A stretch of 63,361 nucleotides of DNA, the filler included. It is 12 parts of 12 records of this genome, joined end to end, with 100 filler letters (N's around TTAATTAATTAA, not from the genome) between each part and the next. Parts side by side here need not be neighbours in the genome. Positions count along the whole stretch, not along the records: positions 36,558 to 40,617 come from SRR7504441_16493; positions 40,718 to 46,671 come from SRR7504441_16494; 10 more parts are not named here. One strand, written 5' to 3'. The notes under the pieces were generated by a model that was not told where the DNA came from, searched no databases, and saw only the letters and a program-made list of their open reading frames with translations. Positions 36,458-46,771 of this stretch are shown here, in pieces; within the stretch, counting starts at the first letter, position 1; every line of letters starts with the position of its first letter. Both the position numbers and the translations under genes were made by a program.

Positions 36458-36557
36458 NNNNNNNNNNNNNNNNNNNNNNNNNNNNNNNNNNNNNNNNNNN
36501 NTTAATTAATTAANNNNNNNNNNNNNNNNNNNNNNNNNNNNNNNNNNNNNNNNNNNN
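36458..36557. other. Artificial contig linker
   Basis: N44-TTAATTAATTAA-N44. Confidence 0.99.
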
Positions 36558-36644
36558 TAAGAATAAAAGACCGTTTTACTTGTTAGTTCTACTCGTAGAC
36601 CACGAGTTAGCCATCCACCGTCTTCCATTTTACGTGTCAATTAA

Positions 36645-37838
36645 TTAAGCCTCAAGTGTAGTGAAGCTGACGCTTTGAGCCTCAAAAATGACCATGGAGT
36701 GGTTGTTGCGGTCGTAGAAGACTCCAAGGCTGCCGTCTCCCATGACGGTCATCGACGAGTACCCGGCCGCCTCGCCCCAAACCACCTTGTGTTTGTCCCA
36801 CGTGCTGCCCTGATCAGCGCTGCTCCACACCTGCAACCTGCAAATTCGTCAGCCAACCTAGCGGATTGGACTATTTAGAAATCACCGATTGCGGAACAAG
36901 TCCAGCGATGGGTCCGGGTGGCTGAAGTAGAGCTTCTTGGTGCCCGGGTGGTAGATCAGGCTGCCCTCGCAGCCACGAATCGGCTCCGGGAGCTCTTTGA
37001 CCTCTCGTATTGGGCCCCAACTCAGCCCGCCGTCATGCGACAGAGACTGGAGCCGGTAGCCTTTGCCCGTGATGCCGGCAGGCACGTTGGGCGAGTTCCT
37101 AACGCTCGCCAGCAGGATTGGGACCCCGTCAGCCGTAAAGTTGCCGGTCTCAGCTACGGCCCACTCTCCAGCACTGCCACCCTTGAAGTACTTCTCCGCA
37201 GGCACGTTGCCGCCACATGACCAGCTGGCGCCGTGGTCATCGCTGAAGACCAGATAGACGCCCCCGCTGTAGACGGGGATGGCCAGTCGGCCTTTGGTGG
37301 GGCCCGCCGACAGCTGGATCCCCCCGGCATGGCCGGTCCCTCCAAACCCGCTGCCTCGCCGGAGGGTGGACGAGACGTTGACGGCCGCCGACCAGCTGGC
37401 TCCCTCGTCCGCTGAGTGCGAGAGGAAGAGCTCCGAGTTGTTCCGGGTGTGCAGCAGCCAGATCTTGCCGTTGGACGCGTCCTCCACCCAGTTGCCGTCG
37501 CCCACCGTAGTCCACGCTTTGTCAGTGCTTCTCCCATACATGACCTGCGCCGGCTGCCAGGTGGTGCCGTTGTCCAAGGAGCGCCGTAACAGTAGATCCA
37601 CGTACCCTTGGTCGTCGCAGCTGTACTTGCGGGCCTCGATCATGGCCAGCAGCGTGCCCGACTGGCTCGTGCGGAGGAGCGTCGGGATCTTGTAGCAGCC
37701 GTAACCAAGCTGGCCCGGGCAGTAGAGGTCCGTGTTGCGCGCATCCGGAGCCAGACATCCCGGCTTGAGCGAGGCCGGGAAACCCGGTTTGGTCGCGGTG
37801 CTGCAGGAGACGAGGAGGAGTGCAAGTCCAGCCCGCAT
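36645..37838 (-). CDS. Secreted sialidase-like BNR-repeat protein (GH33); intron 36838-36885
   Basis: Signal peptide; YKIP; Asp-boxes SLDNGTTW, SADEGASW, SDDHGASW, SHDGGLSW, SADQGSTW; AGYSS. Confidence 0.92.
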
Positions 37839-38026
37839 GCTCCCGATCCCGATTTTTTATTTGCAAGGGGGTGGGCAACCACGGGCCGGCGGTACGCGGC
37901 CAGCGGCGCGGCGAGTGCGCGGTAGTGGTGCGCGTCTTTGGTGCGGCAGTCCATCTAGCAGTGGACGTCTGAGGCCGTCGGGCGCGCCGGCCGCCCAGTT
38001 GGCTCGGGCCCCGATCGCTCGGCGCG

Positions 38027-38782
38027 ATGGAGCTGGACTCCCCAGAGTGCGACCGGGCGGGCAAGCGGCCGCGCCACAGCACCGTCCACCCTCCGGTCGG
38101 CGGTCTGTGCGGCGGGCGGGAAGAGCCGCTGGCCTGCCACAACCTCAAGCGCGAGCTGTCGGCCATCGACGACGACTCGGACATCGATGCGGCTGGGGCT
38201 CTAGGGTTCAAAAGGCTGCGGATTCAAAGCTTCTCGGCGGGACATCTCGTGGCCCAGCGCCGGCTCCGAAGCGGTGGCTCGCCCGGGGCGGGTGGTCCTG
38301 GAGGGGGGGGCAGATATTGCCAAGGTTCTCGAATCTGAGGCCGAGTGGCGCGCGGTGCCCGGCTTGTCAATACAGTTCGATCCCAAGGCCGACGACCCTT
38401 TCGCGGTCTACTTTGGGCTGACGGTGCGCCGGGGAGGGGCGAACTCAGCCTGCTGGCAGATCCGCGAGCGCAAGTACCTGTTCTTGATCACGGTGCCCGA
38501 ACGGTATCCGTACCATCCGCCCTCACTCAAGATGATGCCAGCGGTGCGCGCAAACTGCCGGCCCGTGCCGAGTGCAGGGCAGCAACACGTGGACCTGCGC
38601 GGGGACGGGTTTGCCAACCTGCGGGCAATCTTTCACCCCGACAACTCTGTGTCACTGAGGGTCCTGGACTCGAGGCATTGGCGCTGCACCTATGGCATGG
38701 AGGACATCGTGCCTGGCCTGCCCTGCCGGGTGTTGATGGCGTTTGGCAGGTGAGCGAGTGCGTCCACTTGCTGCAAGGCTAG
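38027..38782 (+). CDS. Ubiquitin-conjugating (E2) fold protein lacking the catalytic Cys (UEV-like)
   Basis: AQRRLRSDI, YLFLITVPERYPYHPPSL, VSLRVLDSRHW..YGMEDI. Confidence 0.6.
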
Positions 38783-39329
38783 CGTCAGTGCGCTCAAGCC
38801 GACCTTAAGCCGACTAGGCACTTTCCAACATATAGATCTAGAAACACGATTGACTGCTCGTTTGGACGCGTGTTCAACCTTTGTTCAGTGCTCGAGATTC
38901 ACATGCACTGGTCTACACTGGTCCTGTGGCGAACGTTCGGTGTACATTGTTAGTACCTTATGGTTGCTTCCACATTGGATGCCATTACATACATGCAATC
39001 ATCGCGGTTCAAGCACAAGTCTTGATCGTTAAATACAATAAGAATTTGAGTCATGATTTCGTGATTTGAGTGCTCATGGCCGACATGGCGCCGCCGACTG
39101 TATAGTACGCCCTTTTCAAGATTATTTCAAGATGAATTCCATGTAATATTATACATTTGTATACGGTAGAACCGATTAAGTTGCCATACAACGTAAATCT
39201 GGAGCGATCAAGCGATTTGAGCTGACCGCTCCGCCACGGGTTTGTGCTCTGCACATTGAGTAACAATTATCCGGAGTTGTTCAAAGCCTTGCTCTCAAAA
39301 GACAAACGCCAAGTCAAATGCCGAGAGCA

Positions 39330-40617
39330 TCACTCGTTACCAATCCTGTGGTTCAACAGCCGTGCCAGCAACTTCTCTCGGCGATCATAGATGTTCTGCA
39401 GCGGCTGCAGCGGCTTGGCTGCAGTCGGCTCGCTGGTGAGGTCGTTCGCAAGCTTCTCCTTGACATTGACTACGTTGGTGTTCTCCTTATCCTGGAAGGT
39501 CGGCACCGCAGGAGCCGGCCGGTTGGCCGCCTTCTCACGGGCGTTGAGCAGATGCTCCCGGCGCGAGCACTGTCCCCGCGGCTCAGCCTGTGGCTCAAAA
39601 GCATCTAACCTCGGCTTCCCGCTTCTCCACGGCCTTCTCTCGGATACGGAGCTGAGCCTCCCTCTTGTCAAGCTGGCCCGGGCTCAGCCGCAGGCCACCA
39701 CAAGCAGCCCACCTCGGCCTGCCGCTTGTCGGCGCTAGTCTGGTGAGTGGCGTTGGCCTCCACAGACGGCTTGGCCGCACGGGTAGTCGGCGCAGGCGCC
39801 TTGTAACTAGGCTCGGCGGCTGCCGCAGTGGTGTTGGCAGGCTTGGTGGACGGTTTGACGGCAGCCGGTTTGTTGGATGCAGCCACCGCGGCGGCCACTT
39901 GGACGGTGATGTTGGACGGGAGCTTGTGCTGGACTTCGTTGTAAGTTGGAAGAGTTGCCAGTCTGCTTGAAGACTGAGGCAGCCGTAGCAAGTCCTGCCG
40001 ATCCATGCTCATGGCCTGACGCTGGCGGGCGAGCGTACCACTATCTGCGGGCGCTTGGCCATATCAACTTGAATCATGCTGTAGATGATCCGAGCGATGC
40101 TATCAGAATAGGACGAGGGGATCTTGTGGATCCGGCCCGCCTTGATTTTAGTAGCGAGTTGGGCCTCGTTGGCGGCCTCGAATGGCACCTGCAGGCATGC
40201 CATCTCGTACAAGATGCAGCCCAGAGCCCAGACGTCGCTCTTCTCGTTATAAGACTTCTTCCCGATCTGCCAGACCAATGGTTGAGGGGCATGCGGGTGC
40301 GGGCCGGAAAGACCTGTTCCGGGGACATGTAGTACGGGGTGCCGACGTGGGTCCGCGCAAACAACGAATCGGAGCCGAGCACGCGAGCCAACCCGAAGTC
40401 TCCTAGCTTGACGTTGTGGCTCGCGTCGAGGAAGATGTTGGCAGGCTTGAGATCCCGATGGAGCACAGTGCCCTCTTTGCGGGAGTGGCAATCATGGAGC
40501 GCCAGGGAAGTCTGCAGGAAGACCTTCCAGATCACAGCTTCGTCGATCCGCCTCTTCTCGCGCCGGCACTTCTTAATATACGCCGCGAGGTCGCCCCCGG
40601 GGCAGTATTCCATGACG
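39330..40617 (-). CDS. NIMA-related kinase (NEK2-like), 5'-partial
   Basis: MEYCPGGDL, VLHRDLKPANIFL, VKLGDFGLAR, VGTPYYMSPEQ, YNEKSDVWALGC. Confidence 0.95.
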
Positions 40618-40717
40618 NNNNNNNNNNNNNNNNNNNNNNNNNNNNNNNNNNNNNNNNNNNNTTAATTAATTAANNNNNNNNNNNNNNNNNNNNNNNNNNN
40701 NNNNNNNNNNNNNNNNN
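40618..40717. other. Artificial contig linker
   Basis: N44-TTAATTAATTAA-N44. Confidence 0.99.
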
Positions 40718-41534
40718 GCTCGAGGGCCAGGCCGGGCACATGATGCCGACCAGTGTGAAGGGTAGCCCGCACTACATGGCGCCTGAGCAATGGGACCCGG
40801 AGAGGCTCGGAGGGATCAGCGGCAAGAGCGACGTCTGGTCTTTCGGGTGCACCATGCTCGAGCTGGCCAGCGGGGTGCCGCCCTGGTCGGGCCTCACTAT
40901 GATGCAGATCATGCAGCGGGTGGTCGGCAGGAAGGAGCATCCGGCTGTGCCTTCCACGCTCAAACCGCCAGGCCTGCGTGCGCTGATTGTCAGTTGCCTG
41001 GCCGCGGCCCCCGCCGACCGGCCGGATTTCCCGGAGCTGGCTGGGGCGCTGGGGCGGCTCGAGAGGGAGCAGACGGAGGGCGAGGCGGTGGAGCGGTTGC
41101 TCGACCAAACCAGCGAGGCGGTGGCGGCTGAGATGCAACGGGCGAATCTGGAGATCGACCGGTTACAGGCGGCGCTGCTCAAGGAACGCTCGCTGAGGGA
41201 GCGCGCCGAGAAGCGGGTGCGGGTGCTTGCCAGTTCGTATAAAGCTGCCGAGCAGAGCAATAGGGGTGTGCTGCTGGATAGAGATAGGATAGAGCCGAAC
41301 GACCAAGTGTTGTTTGTGGGCAGAGCCGACCAGCAGACAGGTCGGGTGGTGTTTGAGGCGGTGTGCGCTCGCAGAGGCGTGTACGTGCTGGACGAGCAGT
41401 GCGTGGTGGCGGCGATGCAGCAGCTGAGCTACTTGGTCGGACAAGTACTGATGGTGGGTGAGCCGGCACCCGACGGTACGGTGCCTGTGTGGGCAACCTT
41501 CGACTTACCCTCGACTAGTCAAGAGGCGTTGTAG
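40718..41534 (+). CDS. Ser/Thr kinase C-lobe + coiled coil + Atg11/FIP200 claw-like domain, 5'-partial
   Basis: GSPHYMAPEQW, KSDVWSFGC, RPDF; then IEPNDQVLFV..VFEAV..VYVLD..YLVGQV. Confidence 0.75.
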
Positions 41535-41794
41535 ATGGAATAAATTGTTATGGTCCTGCTCACCAATCATGCCGTACCCTAGTGAGTCCATCGAGAGGTA
41601 CTGTATCTATCGTCGCTCCCACTACGCTCCCACTAGAGCTGCAATTGGGTTGGAGTCGACTTCATAACCATGGTGTGCCATAGTACAACCCCCGAACGTG
41701 CTGATGCACCTCGCGCAGATACTGCTGCAGACGATGCTGCGCCTGGTGCTTCTATCTCAGCTGCTCTCGGGCGCCTCGATGTGCGAGTTCAGCC

Positions 41795-42331
41795 CTACTT
41801 TTTTTTTGCCGTAGTATTAGTATCGCGACCAGCAGCAAACATGATGATAAAGACGGGCACGCAGACAGCGGCCATGGCTACGATACCACTGCCATAGGCA
41901 ACGAGGCCAAAGATCTCGCCCTTTCCATACTGAGTATCTCCTCCGGACAGCCCTCGGTTCTCGCTGAAGTTGCCAGCCCAATAGAACAAGGTGTTCCCCC
42001 AGCCTGTGACGAAGGCTCCCCAGTAGCACTTGCTCGCTTCAGAGGGCGTGAGATGATTGGCACCGAGGACCTTGACGATCACCCCGAAGAGGGCGACGAG
42101 CATCCCGTTGGTGAGGCCCCCCACGTGGGCCGCCTTCCATCCCCTCTCGGATCCTGGAATCTTATATCCGGAGAAGAGTTCAGGTAGGGGCCAGAGCTCG
42201 AACTTGCCGAGCACGGAGAAGGCCAGCATGACGCCAGCCAGCAAGCCTATAGCTGTGGTGACCATACCCAGTCGTATCATCATGTTGCCGTGGTAGTCGA
42301 TCGAGGGCTCTTTGCCGCTAGCTGCCGGCAT
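41795..42331 (-). CDS. styC: Styrene oxide isomerase (StyC)-like heme membrane protein, intronless
   Basis: IPGSERGWKAAHVGGLTNGM, GWGNTLFY..NFSENRGLS.G..YG.G, four TM segments. Confidence 0.85.
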   Translation of the reverse strand: MPAASGKEPSIDYHGNMMIRLGMVTTAIGLLAGVMLAFSVLGKFELWPLPELFSGYKIPGSERGWKAAHVGGLTNGMLVALFGVIVKVLGANHLTPSEASKCYWGAFVTGWGNTLFYWAGNFSENRGLSGGDTQYGKGEIFGLVAYGSGIVAMAAVCVPVFIIMFAAGRDTNTTAKKK

Positions 42332-42471
42332 CTGGCGGGACGTGGACGGAGTCGGGCAACGAGGCTGAAGGACACGGTGCGGGTCAACGCAGCCGGCCGG
42401 CTACGAGTCGATAGGCACTCAGCCACTGGTCCAACGTCCATCTAGTCCAACGGACTCGGACTCCGCTCTCG

Positions 42472-43833
42472 ATGGCGGCCGAGGAAGACTTTGCGAGTTT
42501 CGACTGGGAAGACGAGCGGTGGGCCAAGTACCTGACCAGCGTGACCATCCCAGCTGACCGGCCGTACGACGTTACCATCCAGGCGCCCCGCCTCCCGGCC
42601 CAGCCCGCCCAGCCCGCCCCGGCAGCGTCTCAAGCGCAAGTGGTACAAAAAGACGATCGACGATCAGCTTCAATTCGATAGCGCCTCGTAGCCCGCCGGC
42701 CGCCCCCGCACTGCTCACCGCCCGGACAGCGCCACCGGTCAGCCTTCCGCCAAGCCCGACCCCGAACCATCGGCGGGCACGAGCGCTCCGCCGCCCCGGG
42801 CCCCCGCCGCCCCTGCGCCCGAGCCGGCGCCGAGTTCGCTCAAGGAGTTTGTACTCCGGCGGAAGACCATCCACTTCCTGGTGCCGGCACCCCGCTGGGC
42901 TGGCTCGGACTGGCGGCCCAGATGAGCTGCTGGTTATTGTACAACGCAGCGATGTACATGCTGCCTCTGGGCGGCAGCTCCAGCCAGGCCTACCACCGGG
43001 CGTGCAACGCAGCGTTCATCAAGAGCATCATGAGCCTCTTCCAGAAGCACCCGCCGTCCATCTCCGGGATTTACTCCACCGTACGGCGCATAGGAGTGAG
43101 CCAGCTGAGCCGTGCGGCTAGGTCAAGGGGGTGATGGCCAAGGACCTGCAGGCAGCGCTGCAGATGCAGGCGGTGGTCAGCGACAAGAACATGCACAACG
43201 CATTCATCTACTTCATGTTCAACGCCGCCCCGCCCGTCCCATGTGCGCCTGCCACCTGCCCTGGCCACCAGCCGGTCCCGCAGTCGCTGTGCTGCCGATT
43301 GTGCTCACCTCAGTCTACACCCTCGCCGAGTACAGCTCGGGCTTGCTCGGGCTCACGCTGCCCGCGGCCCAACGGATGCTCGACCCGGCCTTCTCTCGAG
43401 TGCTCAACACTGGCAAGCGGGATCCAGCGACAGGCACGCGGCTCTCTGACGGCTGCTGAGCTCTCACAGGCAATACTCCGATCTTCCTCTGGGTGGCATG
43501 GCTCGAGATGGCCGTCCTCTCGGTCCTGATTCTCCAGCTTTTCACGTGCGGCCCGCTGTCGAGGTTGGCTCACCAGCTGTGACAGGCCGGCCCGGAGCTT
43601 CATGCTGGCGCTTGTTTATGGCCAGTTCCTGCTCATCCGGCACACGAGCACAGGCGCCTCCGGGCTGCACACCAGGCTGGTCTGTGCGGAGGTCGACTCC
43701 AAAATCAGCCAGATCACCCGCAGGCTGGGCCCGGTCGACTCGCTCTATTGCAAGGCACGCACCTGGCCGGGCCTCAGGCTGACCGGTGGTGTAGCTCAAG
43801 AGCGCGCTCGGGGGGCTAGTGAAGCGGGCGTGA
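42472..43833 (+). CDS. TMEM33: TMEM33/Pom33-family ER membrane protein, many introns
   Basis: FDWEDERWAKYL..RLKRKWYKKTID; hydrophobic core; LVYGQFL. Confidence 0.75.
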
Positions 43834-44013
43834 GCCCTGACTGATGCGCGGAGTGGCTGTCCGGCATGTTGCGCATCAGTCTGGTCACTTGACCGATGCG
43901 ACTATACACTGTGTGAGCCTTTGGAGGCGCAATACGAAGATGGATCTTTCGGTTTAGTTGAATAGAAATCGATCGATGCACACTATGAATTATTAGTGAG
44001 TCTGATTAATTTA

Positions 44014-45020
44014 TCATTTCGGGCCGGTTGCCAGCATTTCTTCGTCGAGTGCCAGCTGCTCGTCGCCTTCAAAGTTCACAAAGCACCGGAAATCATTCCG
44101 AAGAGCCGACCTGCCAACTGCTCAGCCCGGCGGCTGGGGGCAGCCGGACCCTTTGCCCTGTCGGCCGTGCTCGGGTCTGTAGAGGCTCCTGCCCACCGCT
44201 GAGCTCTCTTGGGGCTAGCGAGCCACATTTCGAGCCCAAGCAAGTCCCTCGCATACTCAGCCATGATTCTGCCCGACAGGTACAGCACCCGGCACTGGGG
44301 CAGCGGCCCGATCGCGCCATCCAACGGGCCGGCCTCGTCCGCCCGGGCCAGGAACCGGACCGTTTGGGCTGCCTGCGTGAGGCACCTGCGCCCGTGTCGG
44401 GACCGCAAGGGTAAGGTAAGGACGCACTGCTCGGCTAGGTAAGGTGGGTCGAGCACGATCACGTCATACTGGCCGGCCAGCGATGGGCTGAGCTCCAGCG
44501 GAGTGTTGAAGTCCCACGGCACGTAGCACCGCCCGTAGCTGCCCCGCGTCCCCGCCGGCCGGCCGCCGTCGCACCGGGCGAACCGCCGGTCGAATTCTAG
44601 CAGCGCCACGAGCGGCGGCGCGTCGGGCTCGGCCTCGATGTCCAGCCCCGGGAATGCGGCGGCGTACTGCTGGCTGAGCGGTTCGAACAAGGTTGGGGTG
44701 CTCAGCAGCGCCACCCTCGGCGGCCTGCCGGCTCAGTCAGCCGGCTGCTCGACCTGAGCCGCACCTGTCAGCCGGGCAGGCCGCGCTGGCCAGCCGGAGC
44801 AGGCAGCCGGCCAGGAAGTGCGCCGTTTCTTCAGAGTACCTGCCCCGGCTCCCGGCGGCCGGGCGGTAAGGCACCAGAACTGGGAGAGGCCCCAGTCCTC
44901 GGCGAAGCCGTCGATACTCGGGAGCTGATCCTGCTGCTCCAGTGCGGCCCCGGCGGCTTGCTGCTCGGCCAGGAACTCGGCCAGCGCCGCCCGCGCCTCG
45001 GCAGATAGCTCGTCCTCCAT
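44014..45020 (-). CDS. EEF1AKMT1: eEF1A lysine methyltransferase 1 (N6AMT2/Efm5)
   Basis: LSAEARAALAEF, EDWGLSQFWYSEET, ALLSTPT, LLEFDRRF, DVIVLDPPYLAEQC. Confidence 0.93.
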
Positions 45021-45146
45021 ACGCAGCGTCCAGTCACTTCATACACACCCCGCGGCCGGCGCGTTCGTTGTGCAGACGCCAGACGGTTGCCGTGCCTGCA
45101 GCTGGTGGCTGAGCCGAGTGAGCCGGCCGCTGAGCCCCGAGGGGTG

Positions 45147-45621
45147 ATGGCGAGCGTCAACACCCGGCTGATAAGCCCACCGGGCCCGCGGGACTACGGG
45201 GCCGCGGAGGCCAGCGTGGATCGCTCGCAGTACCTCGCCGAGCGTGCCACGGTCCCCAGCCACCTTTGCCTGCCTCTGACGCTGCCTACTGGGGCGCGGG
45301 GATTGAGAGGGAGCGGGCAGGCGGCGCAGGAGCAGACGCGCGACCAGTTGCACCAGGACCGCGCCAGGCTCCTGGAGCACCAGCGGAAGGCGCGGGCTGG
45401 GGCGGCGGCCGGGCGAGCCTGGAGGGCAGGCGCAGGAGCTGAACGATGAGACCGACAAGTCGAACAAGCTGCTGGCCAAGGCTGAGTGCCAGAAGCGGTG
45501 GGACAAGGTGCGCCGGGCGGGCCGGGGGCGGGCGAGCCGGAGGCAGTTCTTTCTGGTGTGTATAGTGGGCCAGGCTATCCTGGCGTTGGCGCTCGGGATA
45601 TACAACTTCGCTGGGCATTAG
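45147..45621 (+). CDS. Small tail-anchored Qb-SNARE (Vti1-like)
   Basis: TRDQLHQDRARL..ELNDETDKSNKLL, followed by C-terminal TM FFLVCIVGQAILALALGIY. Confidence 0.55.
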
Positions 45622-45920
45622 CCCAATGCTAGCTACACTGCGAGGCGAGCTGACACCGGGCGATTTCAGATGAGCCGCAACAGCAGCTTCTATTTCGGTT
45701 CCGTTAAAGCGCTTTAGTACTTAGTACAACATTACTTGTAGTATACGGTACGCCGGCCGTATTCTCCGCCCGCTCTAAGCAATCCCATGATTTCCATCCG
45801 TCTCTACACCGCATGGCCATGAAACCAAAGCAGCCGATGCCTCATCTCACAATATCTCGCGGTAGTGCTCACTCATCAATCACACGATTACTACCGCACT
45901 CGTACGAGTACGTAGCTCCG

Positions 45921-46510
45921 TCAGTTACGAGCCGGCACGCATACAAGTCTCCCGCTACTGCTGGTAGGGCATCGAGCCGCCCTGCTCGAGCTGCGCTATC
46001 CTGGCTTCGAACATCTGGTCCATCTGCGAGGCCCTGCCCTTGTCCGGCTGGTACATGTACTTGGGCTGCCGGCTAGTCAGCCTAGCCTCCTAGGCCGGCA
46101 CCATGCTGGCCAGCATCTCCTCTATCGAAAGCTGGGTGTCCGGATAGTCAAGCACCTTCCGGGCCTCCTGCCCGTTCCCGGCGGCCTCTCGGCCAGCGCG
46201 CAACGGCGGTGGCGGCTGGGCCGGCAGGCAGGCTAGCTGGGTCTCTGCAGCTGGGCCCGTGTGGTAGACTTGAGCCGTCGGCTGTGGGCCGGAGCCGAAC
46301 CTGGGCGTGGCATCGGACGCTGCATGCGTCGGATAAGTGACCGCAGCCTGTGGGCACACCTTCGGACGGCGGGGGCGGCGGCGGTGGGGGTGGGGGCGGC
46401 GGCGGGGGCAGCTCGTCCGGCGCTTCCGGGCCCTGCGGGGCGGTGAACGGCGAGCGGGCAGGCGGCACCTGGGCGGCCCAGGCCCGCTTCTTGACCCCCG
46501 GCCTGCCCAT
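45921..46510 (-). CDS. Short proline-rich protein with a ZNF207/BuGZ/SUF4-like C-terminus (GLEBS-like)
   Basis: Poly-Pro; LDYPDTQLSIEEMLASMPKY..QMDQMFEARI after removing intron 46066-46101. Confidence 0.55.
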
Positions 46511-46671
46511 CACATCAAGGCAGAGGCCGCGATTCCGTTGAGCAAGTGGGACGAGAAGGATGGATGGCATCCTTTCTGTCGGGAGTTGTAAATCTCGTTT
46601 TAATGATTCATTACTCGACTAAACCGCTAAACTAAGAGCTGCACCTACATCAGTTTTGTATGAAGCACGTG

Positions 46672-46771
46672 NNNNNNNNNNNNNNNNNNNNNNNNNNNNN
46701 NNNNNNNNNNNNNNNTTAATTAATTAANNNNNNNNNNNNNNNNNNNNNNNNNNNNNNNNNNNNNNNNNNNN
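46672..46771. other. Artificial contig linker
   Basis: N44-TTAATTAATTAA-N44. Confidence 0.99.
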
